Below, in pieces: positions 29,427-37,700 of a stretch of DNA of 64,000 nt. The position numbers were made by a program, and so were the translations under genes. The DNA is from Methanothrix sp. (GTDB lineage Archaea; Halobacteriota; Methanosarcinia; Methanotrichales; Methanotrichaceae), in the NCBI GenBank assembly GCA_026394555.1, contig JAPKXZ010000052.1, positions 101,376 to 165,375 of the forward strand. Direction: 5' to 3'. Under the pieces are notes generated by a model. It made no database searches. It had not been told where the DNA came from and worked only from the letters and a program-made list of their open reading frames with translations. Positions within the stretch are counted from its first letter, which is position 1; each line of letters opens with the position of its first letter.

Positions 29427-30698
29427 ATGACTTCTAGAATATCGGGATTTTACAAGCTTGCTCCCTCTGAGAGGCTTATCGCCGTAGCCGAGCAGGCCAA
29501 GTTGGGGCCAGAAGAGATAGCCCAGGTAGAGACGGGCCTTCTTCTTGACCAGGCCGACAAGATGACGGAGAATGTGATAGGCATGTTCCAGGTGCCGCTG
29601 GGAATCGCCACCAACTTTGTCATCGATGGCAGAGAGGTGCTCATACCCATGTGTACCGAGGAGCCTTCCGTCATCGCCGCGGCCAGCAACGGCGCCAGAA
29701 TGGCGCGGGAAACGGGCGGCTTTTTTACCTCCAGCACGGGACCTGTCATGCGCGCCCTGATTCAGGCCACGGGAATTGGAGATCCCTTTGCGGCCCGCCA
29801 GGCGATTCTGCTTCATAAAGACGCTCTGATGAGGATGGCCAACGACAAAGATCCCATGCTGGTCAAGTACGGGGGCGGTGTCAAGGATATCGAGGTCTAT
29901 GTCATCGACTCCAAGATGGGACCGATGGTTGTGACCCATCTCATCGTGGACTGCCGGGATGCCATGGGCGCCAACGCCGTCAATACCATGGCCGAAGCGC
30001 TCGCCCCGCGCATTGAGCAGATCACCGGCGGGCGGGTGTATCTGCGCATCATCTCCAATCTGGCCGATCTTCGCCTGGTTCGGTCAAAGGCGGTCTTCAA
30101 GGCAGAGGAGATAGGCGGCCATGAGGTGGTGGACGGAATACTCCTGGCGGCAGAGCTGGCAGAGGTCGATCCCTACCGCGCCGCGACCCACAACAAGGGC
30201 ATCATGAATGGAGTGACGTCCGTTGTGCTGGCCACGGGAAACGATACCAGGGCAGTGGAGGCCGGAGCGCATGCCTTTGCATCGATCGCCGGACGCTACA
30301 AATCTTTAACCCGTTATGAGAAGAACAGGGATGGAGACCTGGTGGGAACCATTGAGATGCCCGTAGCTGTGGGATTGGTTGGCGGAGCGACGCGCGTTCA
30401 TCCTGTGGCCAAGACGGCCGTGAAAATTCTGGGCGTTAAGAGCGCAGACGAACTCTCCCGCATCATCGCCTCGGTGGGCCTGTGCCAGAACTTTGCAGCG
30501 CTTAGGGCCCTGGCCTCAGAGGGCATCCAGAGAGGGCACATGTCTCTGCACGCCAAGAACGTGGCTGTGCAGGCGGGGGCTAAGTGTGATCTGATTGAGA
30601 TCATCGCCGCCCGCATGGCCGCCGAGCGCAGGATTAGCGTGGATCGAGCCGTGCAGCTGATGGCTGAACTGGATGAAAAAGCAAAGGAGAAAACTTGA
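29427..30698 (+). CDS. hmgA: hydroxymethylglutaryl-CoA reductase, class II type
   Basis: Start taken at MTSRISGFYK. Class II signatures ENVIGMFQVPLGIA, TEEPSVIAAASNGA, THNKGIMNG and GHMSLHAKN. Confidence 0.9.
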   Translation: MTSRISGFYKLAPSERLIAVAEQAKLGPEEIAQVETGLLLDQADKMTENVIGMFQVPLGIATNFVIDGREVLIPMCTEEPSVIAAASNGARMARETGGFFTSSTGPVMRALIQATGIGDPFAARQAILLHKDALMRMANDKDPMLVKYGGGVKDIEVYVIDSKMGPMVVTHLIVDCRDAMGANAVNTMAEALAPRIEQITGGRVYLRIISNLADLRLVRSKAVFKAEEIGGHEVVDGILLAAELAEVDPYRAATHNKGIMNGVTSVVLATGNDTRAVEAGAHAFASIAGRYKSLTRYEKNRDGDLVGTIEMPVAVGLVGGATRVHPVAKTAVKILGVKSADELSRIIASVGLCQNFAALRALASEGIQRGHMSLHAKNVAVQAGAKCDLIEIIAARMAAERRISVDRAVQLMAELDEKAKEKT

Positions 30699-31507
30699 GC
30701 TACAGGATTGGAGCTCTGGGGCCGGAGGGAACCTATTCGGAAAAGGCGGCTCTTCTCTGGATAAAAGGCCGGCCAGAGGCCAGCATCGTCTATTTTAATG
30801 ACTTTGAGGGTGTACTGGAGGCGGCGGCGGCCGGCCGACTGGAAGCGGGCATCGTCCCTGTAGAAAACAGCCTGGAGGGAGCAGTAACCACAGTTATGGA
30901 TCTGCTCTTGAGACTGGATGTTGTGATTGTGGGGGAGGTGAACGTTCCCATTAGACACTGCCTGGTGGGCCAGGGTGGGGGCGTCAAGGTCATCCTCTCC
31001 CATCCCCAGGCGCTGGCCCAGTGCCGGCAGTATTTGCGCGAGCACTATCCAGAGGCCGAGATCAGGACCACCGGCTCCACCAGTCATGCCGCCCGCCTGG
31101 CCCAGGAGTTCCCGGAGATGGCAGCGGTAGCTGGAGCTGACACAGCTCTGAAATATGGATTGCAGATCCTGGCCAGAGAGATTCAGGATGCAAGCGATAA
31201 TGTAACCCGTTTTATTGTGGCAGCAAGGAAGATGGCCCTAGCCACCGGACGGGACAAGACCTCACTGGTCATTTACCTGGATAAGGATCGTCCCGGTGCG
31301 CTCTTCTCCATTTTAGAGGAGTTTGCCAGGCATAGTATCAATTTGACCAGAATCGAGTCACGTCCCAGTCGCAAGGGCCTCGGAGATTACTATTTTTACA
31401 TCGACCTGGAAGGGCATGTGGATGATAAAGTAGTAGAGAAGGCAATAGCCGCCATAAAAGAAAAAGCGGCCATGATCCGGGTGTTGGGATCGTATCCGCG
31501 GGCGTGA
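30695..31507 (+). CDS. pheA: prephenate dehydratase with ACT domain
   Basis: TTG start overlapping the hmgA stop. PDT domain (GALGPEGTYSE, VPVENSLEGAV). ACT region with TRIESRPSRK. Confidence 0.9.
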   Translation: MSYRIGALGPEGTYSEKAALLWIKGRPEASIVYFNDFEGVLEAAAAGRLEAGIVPVENSLEGAVTTVMDLLLRLDVVIVGEVNVPIRHCLVGQGGGVKVILSHPQALAQCRQYLREHYPEAEIRTTGSTSHAARLAQEFPEMAAVAGADTALKYGLQILAREIQDASDNVTRFIVAARKMALATGRDKTSLVIYLDKDRPGALFSILEEFARHSINLTRIESRPSRKGLGDYYFYIDLEGHVDDKVVEKAIAAIKEKAAMIRVLGSYPRA

Positions 31508-31525
31508 ACCTCTAATGGAGTAGAT

Positions 31526-32350
31526 TTGATGCCAATCGGAATTGTCCTTGCCCCCTACGGCTCTCTTTTTCTTCCTGCCCTGGCCACCTATGACCAAATC
31601 GGAAAAGCTTATGAGCGCATATTTTCCGGCTCTCCGGTTCGGCTGGCCTTCACCTCGCGACTCATGATTGCAAGGCTGTTGGAGAAAGAGGGCATCAGCG
31701 TGCCAAGCCTTCCGGCCGCGCTGGCGGATCTGCATGGTCTAGGAAATGAGAGTGTGGTCGTCCAATCCCTGCAGATCGTGCCAGGAGTTGAGTTTCACCA
31801 GGTGGCAGCGCTGGTACAGGGATGGAAAGGCACAAAGCCAGCATTTTCGCGCATAGAGATCGGTTTGCCTCTGCTATCGGACCTGCCCGACTGCCTAAGG
31901 GTCTCATCCCTCCTGCCCGCCTTTTGCAGCGGGCCCGCATATCGCCGGGATCTGGAGAAAGAGGCGGTGCTCCTGGTGGGCCACGGCACGGGCCACCCTG
32001 CCGATGCCCTTTACTCTCTCATGTCCATGGTATTGAAAAAAGGTCACAAGAATGTCTTCCTGGGCACTATGGAAGGCTTTGCCAGTCTTGCCGAGCTTTT
32101 GCCCGAGCTGAAGGGCTCTGGGGTGAAAATCGTGCGGCTCTTGCCCTTCTTGCTTGTGGCGGGGGGACACGCAGAAAACGATATCTTTGGCCAGAGTCCT
32201 TTGTCCTGGAAGAGCACCCTGGAGAGAGAGGGCTATGAAGTTGTGGTTGATCGGCACGGCCTAGGTGAGAGAAGGGAGATCGTTTCCCTATTCCTGGAAC
32301 ACACCAGAAATGCCCTGAAAAAGATGGAAAATGAATCGCATGCTAAGTAA
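31526..32350 (+). CDS. cbiK: sirohydrochlorin cobalto-/metallochelatase, CbiK-like
   Basis: 274-aa two-lobe chelatase pattern: IVLAPYGS...VRLAFTS, VVVQSLQIVPGVEF, LLVGHGTGHPADALY and LPFLLVAGGHAEND. Confidence 0.6.
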   Translation: MMPIGIVLAPYGSLFLPALATYDQIGKAYERIFSGSPVRLAFTSRLMIARLLEKEGISVPSLPAALADLHGLGNESVVVQSLQIVPGVEFHQVAALVQGWKGTKPAFSRIEIGLPLLSDLPDCLRVSSLLPAFCSGPAYRRDLEKEAVLLVGHGTGHPADALYSLMSMVLKKGHKNVFLGTMEGFASLAELLPELKGSGVKIVRLLPFLLVAGGHAENDIFGQSPLSWKSTLEREGYEVVVDRHGLGERREIVSLFLEHTRNALKKMENESHAK

Positions 32351-32519
32351 TGAGTGCCCCTTGTACAGTTGAAAGTTGAAGCCTGTTGACCAATATGTAT
32401 ATATACCTGGGTTGGTATTTAGGTAAGGTTGCAATGGCATCGATTCAAGGGACATTTCCTGAGATGTTTTTGTGGCATAAGTCGATTCTTTGAGTCGATA
32501 AAACGGTAAGTGAGTTAAA

Positions 32520-32723
32520 ATGGAAAGATATGGAAGCGGTAGCAGAGGCGGCTTTAGCAGCGGCCCCAGAGAGATGCACGATGCCACCTGCGCAGAGTGC
32601 GGAAAGACATGTCAAGTTCCCTTCAAGCCCGATGGATCCAGGCCCGTGTACTGCAGCGATTGCTACCAGAAGCACAAGCCTGCAAGACCAGCCGGTGCCT
32701 CCAGGCCACCCAGAAGATACTAA
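32520..32723 (+). CDS. CxxC-x17-CxxC zinc-ribbon protein (Methanosarcina-type)
   Basis: Gly/Ser/Arg-rich N-terminus followed by CAECGKTCQVPFKPDGSRPVYCSDC. Confidence 0.7.
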   Translation: MERYGSGSRGGFSSGPREMHDATCAECGKTCQVPFKPDGSRPVYCSDCYQKHKPARPAGASRPPRRY

Positions 32724-32899
32724 GTAGTTTGATAATTATTTGATCAGATAAAAGCAGGGCCAAGAAATAGGTTCCTGCATTTTTTTGATTTCCAAATACC
32801 TTATGTGGCAGATAATTGATTTCTCTTGGTCTCAAATTTTCCGCCGAAAATGCTTATGACAGGATAATAATTTAATATTAGAAAAAACTAGTGATAGCA

Positions 32900-33073
32900 A
32901 TGCAATTTACAAAAAAGTTCGTAGATGATGAAATCATGGATGATATTCTCAAAGAGGCAGCAGATGGATACGGAGACCTTATAGCTGCAGCCTTAGTTCA
33001 TAATGTGAGCGTGAAATCTCTGCAGACCAGAGTTGTTGAACTGCGCGATTTGAGGGCTACATGGATCTCTTAA
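32900..33073 (+). CDS. small hypothetical protein, possible HTH
   Basis: ORF 32891..33073 with an ATG at 32900 (MQFTKKF...). The segment NVSVKSLQTRVVELR is HTH-like. Overlaps the next ORF by 13 nt. Confidence 0.35.
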   Translation: MQFTKKFVDDEIMDDILKEAADGYGDLIAAALVHNVSVKSLQTRVVELRDLRATWIS

Positions 33074-33570
33074 ATGAAAAGAAGGTGCACTATTTATCTG
33101 GTTCGTGCGCCAATTGCGGCAGCTCCTCTTTAGCCTCAAAGGCAGAACCTCGCACGGACGAGATGAAGCTGTGCACATCTTGCCTGGAAGAGCGGCACGT
33201 CTCCTTGGATGATCTGAGGACCAATGTGAGAAAGCAATTCGATTTGATCAGATCACCCAATCTTCGCAGTTGCTTTTTGAGGCTGCTTCTCTCCGGAGAG
33301 GTAGACCTTGCCCCTGCGGGATGGAAAACCGGAATGGCACTGGGATTTGAACTGAAGGACGCAGGCTTTGCTCTTCATGAATCAAAGCAAATCCTGCTCC
33401 AGGCAAAAGCGAGCTCAAGTGTGGTGGACAGCCTGTTAGATAATATCTACCGAAGAAAGGGTCAGGGATCTTTAGCCTGCGAGCAGATCCGAGGGCTGAA
33501 TGTGATCTGTGACCAATGCCCCGGTCAATATAAGATAGCTCGACGTGAGCATAAGACTGAGATATGCTGA
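33061..33570 (+). CDS. hypothetical zinc-ribbon protein
   Basis: 169 aa. N-terminal CANCG...CTSC, a central helical region, and a C-terminal C..IR......CDQCP cluster. No family recognised. Confidence 0.5.
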   Translation: MDLLNEKKVHYLSGSCANCGSSSLASKAEPRTDEMKLCTSCLEERHVSLDDLRTNVRKQFDLIRSPNLRSCFLRLLLSGEVDLAPAGWKTGMALGFELKDAGFALHESKQILLQAKASSSVVDSLLDNIYRRKGQGSLACEQIRGLNVICDQCPGQYKIARREHKTEIC

Positions 33571-33587
33571 TACAGTAGAGTATACTT

Positions 33588-33965
33588 ATGATGGCTGAAA
33601 AGAAGAACTACTGGGAGATGCAAAAGTCGTTCTGGAAAACGCCGGCGGGAATTGCGATATGGATCATGCTCCTGGCGGCTATCCTTGGCGGTGGCCTGCT
33701 GGCCCTCAACGTTTTCGGATCCCCCTATCCGGTAATTGAGTCATTTCGTGCCGATCCCGTGGTGGTAAATCCTGGGGGTGCTTCCAACTTAAGCTGGAGC
33801 GTGATCGGTGCTGCCCGGGTAGAGATCGACCAGGGAGTTGGCGAGGTAGCGCTCAAGGGCTTTATGCAGGTTAAGCCGATCGATACCACCACTTACAGGC
33901 TGACGGCTATTAACGGCTCGATAAATAGATCTATGACACTCGAAATAATGGTACAGCAGCTTTGA
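33588..33965 (+). CDS. membrane-anchored protein with Ig-like extracellular domain
   Basis: TM segment AGIAIWIMLLAAILGGGLLAL followed by a beta-rich domain (NPGGASNLSWSVIGAARVEIDQGVG...TTTYRLTAING). Confidence 0.55.
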   Translation: MMAEKKNYWEMQKSFWKTPAGIAIWIMLLAAILGGGLLALNVFGSPYPVIESFRADPVVVNPGGASNLSWSVIGAARVEIDQGVGEVALKGFMQVKPIDTTTYRLTAINGSINRSMTLEIMVQQL

Positions 33966-34010
33966 GTCACTATCTGATAGCATTCAAAAAAATATCAAAG
34001 GAGGCAATGC

Positions 34011-34667
34011 ATGATTTCCATCTCGATTTACAGATTGCATGTATTATTACTACTATTATTTTGCATATCATGTTCGCTTGTTATCCTTCCATTCATCGCC
34101 CTGGCTGCTCAGGATGAGGCCTACGGAATAGTCACAAACGTAGTGGATGGCGACACCTTCGACGTTACCATAGAGAAGGCCGGTGCAAAAGTGGCCTACC
34201 TTGTGGAGAGAATCCGCCTGGCTGATGTCGACTCTCCCGAGATGGAATCGGAAAATGGGCCGGCAGCAAAGGATTTCACCTTTGCCTTGCTCATGAACAA
34301 AAGGGTCTACCTGGACATCGACGATCTTTCAGCCAACGGCCGGGATAGCTATGGCAGGCTAATCTGTGTGGCTTATCTCACCGGATTCTACGGCCAGCCA
34401 ATAGCAGCTCCCAATTTCAATCGTCTTTTAGTGGATAGCGGTCATGCCAGGTTAGATAACTTCACCAATAACGAATTCGATCCTAAGGATTGGCGAAACG
34501 GACAAGGCCCGCAGAGAGAAAGCGAGCCGTTGCAAAGTCTGGGGCAGGAATTGCAGAAGAATCTCACACAAGATCTGCTTCCCAGGCTGCAGGAGTCGGC
34601 AGGAAAGGAGATGGACAAGGCGGCAAAAGAAGGCTGGGATTGGCTGAAGGGGCAGATTGGGGTTTGA
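34011..34667 (+). CDS. secreted thermonuclease (staphylococcal nuclease/SNase-like)
   Basis: Signal/TM N-terminus, then VVDGDTFDV...IRLADVDSPE...GPAAKDF...VYLDID...DSYGRLICVAYL. Confidence 0.8.
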   Translation: MISISIYRLHVLLLLLFCISCSLVILPFIALAAQDEAYGIVTNVVDGDTFDVTIEKAGAKVAYLVERIRLADVDSPEMESENGPAAKDFTFALLMNKRVYLDIDDLSANGRDSYGRLICVAYLTGFYGQPIAAPNFNRLLVDSGHARLDNFTNNEFDPKDWRNGQGPQRESEPLQSLGQELQKNLTQDLLPRLQESAGKEMDKAAKEGWDWLKGQIGV

Positions 34668-34704
34668 GTTTAAGCGGAAAATGTCATTTTGTGGACGGAT
34701 GATA

Positions 34705-34782
34705 GTTCTTCGCGCCCTTCAAGGCTTCGCGTGAGATTCAACAGGGTCCGGTTTCAAGCGAAGGCGCGAAGCCGCGAAGTCA
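34705..34782. repeat. 8-nt-periodic hairpin element, locus C (CTTCGCG / CGCGAAG units)
   Basis: Left arm cttcgcgcccttcaaggcttcgcgtgag at 34708-34735. Short core attcaacagggtccggttt. Right arm caagcgaaggcgcgaagccgcgaag at 34756-34780, which overlaps the last codons of the phosphatase gene. Confidence 0.8.
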
Positions 34783-36088
34783 AAACATTGAGGGGGAAGG
34801 TTATCGCATCTGCGATCTTCGGCGAATCATAGACCATAGGTGTCTCATCGTCATCATCCTCGTTAACATGGGCGACGAAAATCTCTTGTGCGGTTGCCGT
34901 ATTGTGTGCCGGATCTACAGTGACCTTAAGGTACCCTAGCTCCCTCGTCTGTCCGAACTTGTACCAAACCGAATGGTTCCCACCGGTAAGGTCGGAGAAC
35001 CTACCTCCTGCATTGCCGACAATGAAATAGGGAATCGCATTCACTTGATATCTCTGGTAATTATGGGTATGGCCTGCAAAAGTGGCGCTGATATTGTAGG
35101 CGTGATACAGGGTTTCCCACGGCAGAAGATCAGAATTAATTGTAGTCCTGCCATAATCCCAGATAGGATGGTGATGTATGGTAAATGTTCCTAACATGGT
35201 GTTGTCCAGCTTATCTCTTAGCCAGGATTCCTGACTCTTTGTGAGGGCCAGGGAGGTATGTGGATCATCGCTGCTGGCATTATTAGGATCTGGAGTATCC
35301 AAAATGATAAACCGGATACCAGCACAGTCAAAGGAGTAGTTCAGGGGGTTGTCAAATGCCCAATGGTATTGGTCAGCGGCAGTCGGTGTAACACCTGATG
35401 AATTATGATATTCATGGTTTCCGATCGTGGGAAAGATAGCAAATTTTGCGATCATTTCGTCGCCGGCCTGGAAGAATTCACCCCATAAATCCTTACTATC
35501 ATGCCCAGCATAATCGCCACCGTGCAGGATAAAAAGCACATCAGTTTCATTTGCGATAGCTTCTGCTACGTATCTGAACCGTTTCATCTCAGTATAATTA
35601 TGACCTTCCTGCGAGTCGCTGATCACAATAAAGGTAAACGGACCGCTGACCGGCATCGTTTGGAAGGTGCGGTCACCAAATGCAAACTCATCGCCTGAAG
35701 GTCTCACTCGGTAGGTATACGATGTATTTGGTTCAAGGTCGTCAAGCTCCACATGTTGATACGGGGCCGTTATATGAGATGCTATCGTTTTTTCAAAACT
35801 ATGATGCTGGTCAAAATAGCTCGACGTGGCGTAGTCTATTGAGCCGGAACCATGGCTTTCTCCTCGCCAGTTGATGGTGGCAGAATCGGTCGTGGTTTTT
35901 GTTACCCACGGGGCCCAATAAACATTCGACTCTTCCGCAATGGTCGGAACAATACAGAATAAGACGAGAAAATTGAGAAGTATCAATATCCGTAAATGCC
36001 TGCAAGACTTTTCGGTCATATTTTCCTTCGTGCGTTTCCAATGAGTTGCCTCTTTAAGTGGCTTTTGGCTTGAAGATTTCTTCCACAC
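34754..36088 (-). CDS. secreted metallophosphoesterase, purple-acid-phosphatase-like
   Basis: The probable real start is M24 (36019), giving the signal MTEKSCRHLRILILLNFLVLFCIVPTIA. FN3/PAP-N domain, then motifs VISDSQ, HGGDYAGHD, GNHEY and GHTHNYQR. Confidence 0.85.
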   Translation of the reverse strand: MWKKSSSQKPLKEATHWKRTKENMTEKSCRHLRILILLNFLVLFCIVPTIAEESNVYWAPWVTKTTTDSATINWRGESHGSGSIDYATSSYFDQHHSFEKTIASHITAPYQHVELDDLEPNTSYTYRVRPSGDEFAFGDRTFQTMPVSGPFTFIVISDSQEGHNYTEMKRFRYVAEAIANETDVLFILHGGDYAGHDSKDLWGEFFQAGDEMIAKFAIFPTIGNHEYHNSSGVTPTAADQYHWAFDNPLNYSFDCAGIRFIILDTPDPNNASSDDPHTSLALTKSQESWLRDKLDNTMLGTFTIHHHPIWDYGRTTINSDLLPWETLYHAYNISATFAGHTHNYQRYQVNAIPYFIVGNAGGRFSDLTGGNHSVWYKFGQTRELGYLKVTVDPAHNTATAQEIFVAHVNEDDDDETPMVYDSPKIADAITFPLNVLTSRLRAFA

Positions 36089-36136
36089 TCTGTTTGCAGG
36101 AACTGATAGAATAGCATCTCGCGAATAGTATCCGGA

Positions 36137-36445
36137 CTAGACCAAGCTCATGAGCGGATATTTCTTTTCTGCGTCGTACTCCAGTTTGGCATTGACCACC
36201 TCGCCCTCATAATCTATCTGCACCTTCGCGATTATCATGCGTCCCTCCAGCTCGCCGTATCCAAAGAAGTTCTCCAACAGCATCTGTCGGTTTATGCGAA
36301 CGCGAACCTCCTTCACATAAGGCTGCAGGGAGATACTCTCCTCCATGGCCTCTTCCAGGCCGGCTGCTGTCTTGAGGCTTATAGGCGCTCCTACGAACTG
36401 ATGATAGAGCGCGCCCAGCTTGATGCCCGCCTCAAAGGCGGCTAT
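36137..36445 (-). CDS. mptD: MptD-like protein (archaeal dihydroneopterin aldolase family), start codon unresolved
   Basis: The frame is open from 36502. The conserved-looking N-terminal motif REIAAFEAGIKLGALYHQFVGAPIS lies upstream of the only ATG (36346). No ATG/GTG/TTG lies in frame between 36502 and 36346. I placed the 5' end provisionally at the ATA codon (36445-36443) that overlaps the pssA stop. Family call is from motif memory. Confidence 0.55.
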   Translation of the reverse strand: MAAFEAGIKLGALYHQFVGAPISLKTAAGLEEAMEESISLQPYVKEVRVRINRQMLLENFFGYGELEGRMIIAKVQIDYEGEVVNAKLEYDAEKKYPLMSLV

Positions 36446-37116
36446 CTCTCTTTTCGTAGGCGTGAGATCACCACCGGACTGGTCAGATAAAGTGTGATAA
36501 GCGCTATGACAACAAGGGTGGCATAGAGAATATCGTGCTGACGGAATAGGAACAATCCCACCACAAGAAAGATGCCGCCCAAGATAATCATGACGCGAAG
36601 ATCTCTGATCTTGGGATAGGAGATGCTGCTTGTCATGAGCAGTGCCAAAAACAGCATGAGGACAATGGTGAGTGTCGGCCTGCCCAAAAGGACGCTGGCA
36701 GAAAGAGCTATGCCAGCGGCAGGAATGGGAAGCCCCTCAAAGAACGAATCGCTTTTGCCGGAGACGACATTGAATCTGGCCAGGCGCAGCGTCCCGCAGA
36801 GCAGAAAGAAAATTCCCGCCGGCCAAATGTGGGGAGGAAGACTGAAGGCGGAGATGGCAAGAAAAACAGGTGCCGTGCCAAATGAGATCAGGTCCGCTAA
36901 AGAGTCCAGATTGGCGCCCAGGGGACTGCCGCCTACCTTTCTCGCCAAAAACCCATCCAGACCGTCGGCCATTGCTGCCAGAAGTATGAACACCACGGCA
37001 TACTGGGGATATATGCCGCCCCAGGCTCCGCCCGCGGCAAGAAGTGCCAGAAATCCGAAAACGACATTTAAGAGCGTGAATAAGTCCGGCAGCCGAATAA
37101 CCCGGAAGACATTCAT
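36442..37116 (-). CDS. pssA: CDP-alcohol phosphatidyltransferase: archaetidylserine synthase
   Basis: Signature DGLDGFLARKVGGSPLGANLDSLADLISFG (D-G-x2-A-R-x8-G-x3-D-x3-D). Multi-TM. 4-nt overlap with psd. Confidence 0.85.
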   Translation of the reverse strand: MNVFRVIRLPDLFTLLNVVFGFLALLAAGGAWGGIYPQYAVVFILLAAMADGLDGFLARKVGGSPLGANLDSLADLISFGTAPVFLAISAFSLPPHIWPAGIFFLLCGTLRLARFNVVSGKSDSFFEGLPIPAAGIALSASVLLGRPTLTIVLMLFLALLMTSSISYPKIRDLRVMIILGGIFLVVGLFLFRQHDILYATLVVIALITLYLTSPVVISRLRKER

Positions 37117-37700
37117 GAACTCCTCACTGCAACCACCGTTTCTCCCGCCCGGACTTTGTCGCCCATCTGCACTTGCAGATTGTAGCCGATGGGTATGCTA
37201 ACTTCTACCCTCGAGCCGAAACGGATCATGCCAATTCTTTCTCCTCGCGAGACCTGATCACCAGGTTGAACGTAGCAGATGATCTTTCGGACCAGGGTCC
37301 CCGTTATCTGGCGTAGTTCCATCTCACCGTCATCGGTCTCCAAATGCATCCTGTTCTGCTGATTCTTGCATGCCCGCCTCATAAAAGCAGGCCGATGAGT
37401 GCCTTTCCTGTATTCGATATCTCGCACCACTCCGTCCAATGGCGCTCGATTTACATGCACATTGGAGGGACTCATAAAGATGGTGATCTTCTGCGGCGTG
37501 GCCTGAATAATTTTTCCGTCGGCTGGCGAAAGCATGCCTTCCCCCCCCGGAAGACGATCCGGGTCCCGGTGAAAGAATATCATAAAAACAAATCCAGCTA
37601 AAGCAACTCCCGTCATGTACCAGTGTCCTGCCACGGCCAGTGCAGCACTCAGAAACATGGGCACCGATATCCATGCGGTGGAATTTCTTGCCAGCTTCAT
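37113..37700 (-). CDS. psd: archaetidylserine (phosphatidylserine) decarboxylase proenzyme, short form
   Basis: 195 aa with an N-terminal TM. Self-cleavage-type motif MIRFGSRVE near the C-terminus. 4-nt overlaps with both neighbours. Confidence 0.85.
   Translation of the reverse strand: MKLARNSTAWISVPMFLSAALAVAGHWYMTGVALAGFVFMIFFHRDPDRLPGGEGMLSPADGKIIQATPQKITIFMSPSNVHVNRAPLDGVVRDIEYRKGTHRPAFMRRACKNQQNRMHLETDDGEMELRQITGTLVRKIICYVQPGDQVSRGERIGMIRFGSRVEVSIPIGYNLQVQMGDKVRAGETVVAVRSS

Noticed and set aside
29370-29939. N-terminal 190-aa extension of the RFAP synthase ORF (701-aa version) and the 29361 start of hmgA.
   Set aside because: The extension is low-complexity (His/Arg/Gly-rich) and would run antisense through the hmgA 5' region. 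Homology-like sequence begins at MVQSSSF (29369) and MTSRISGFYK (29427), leaving a compact divergent promoter region.
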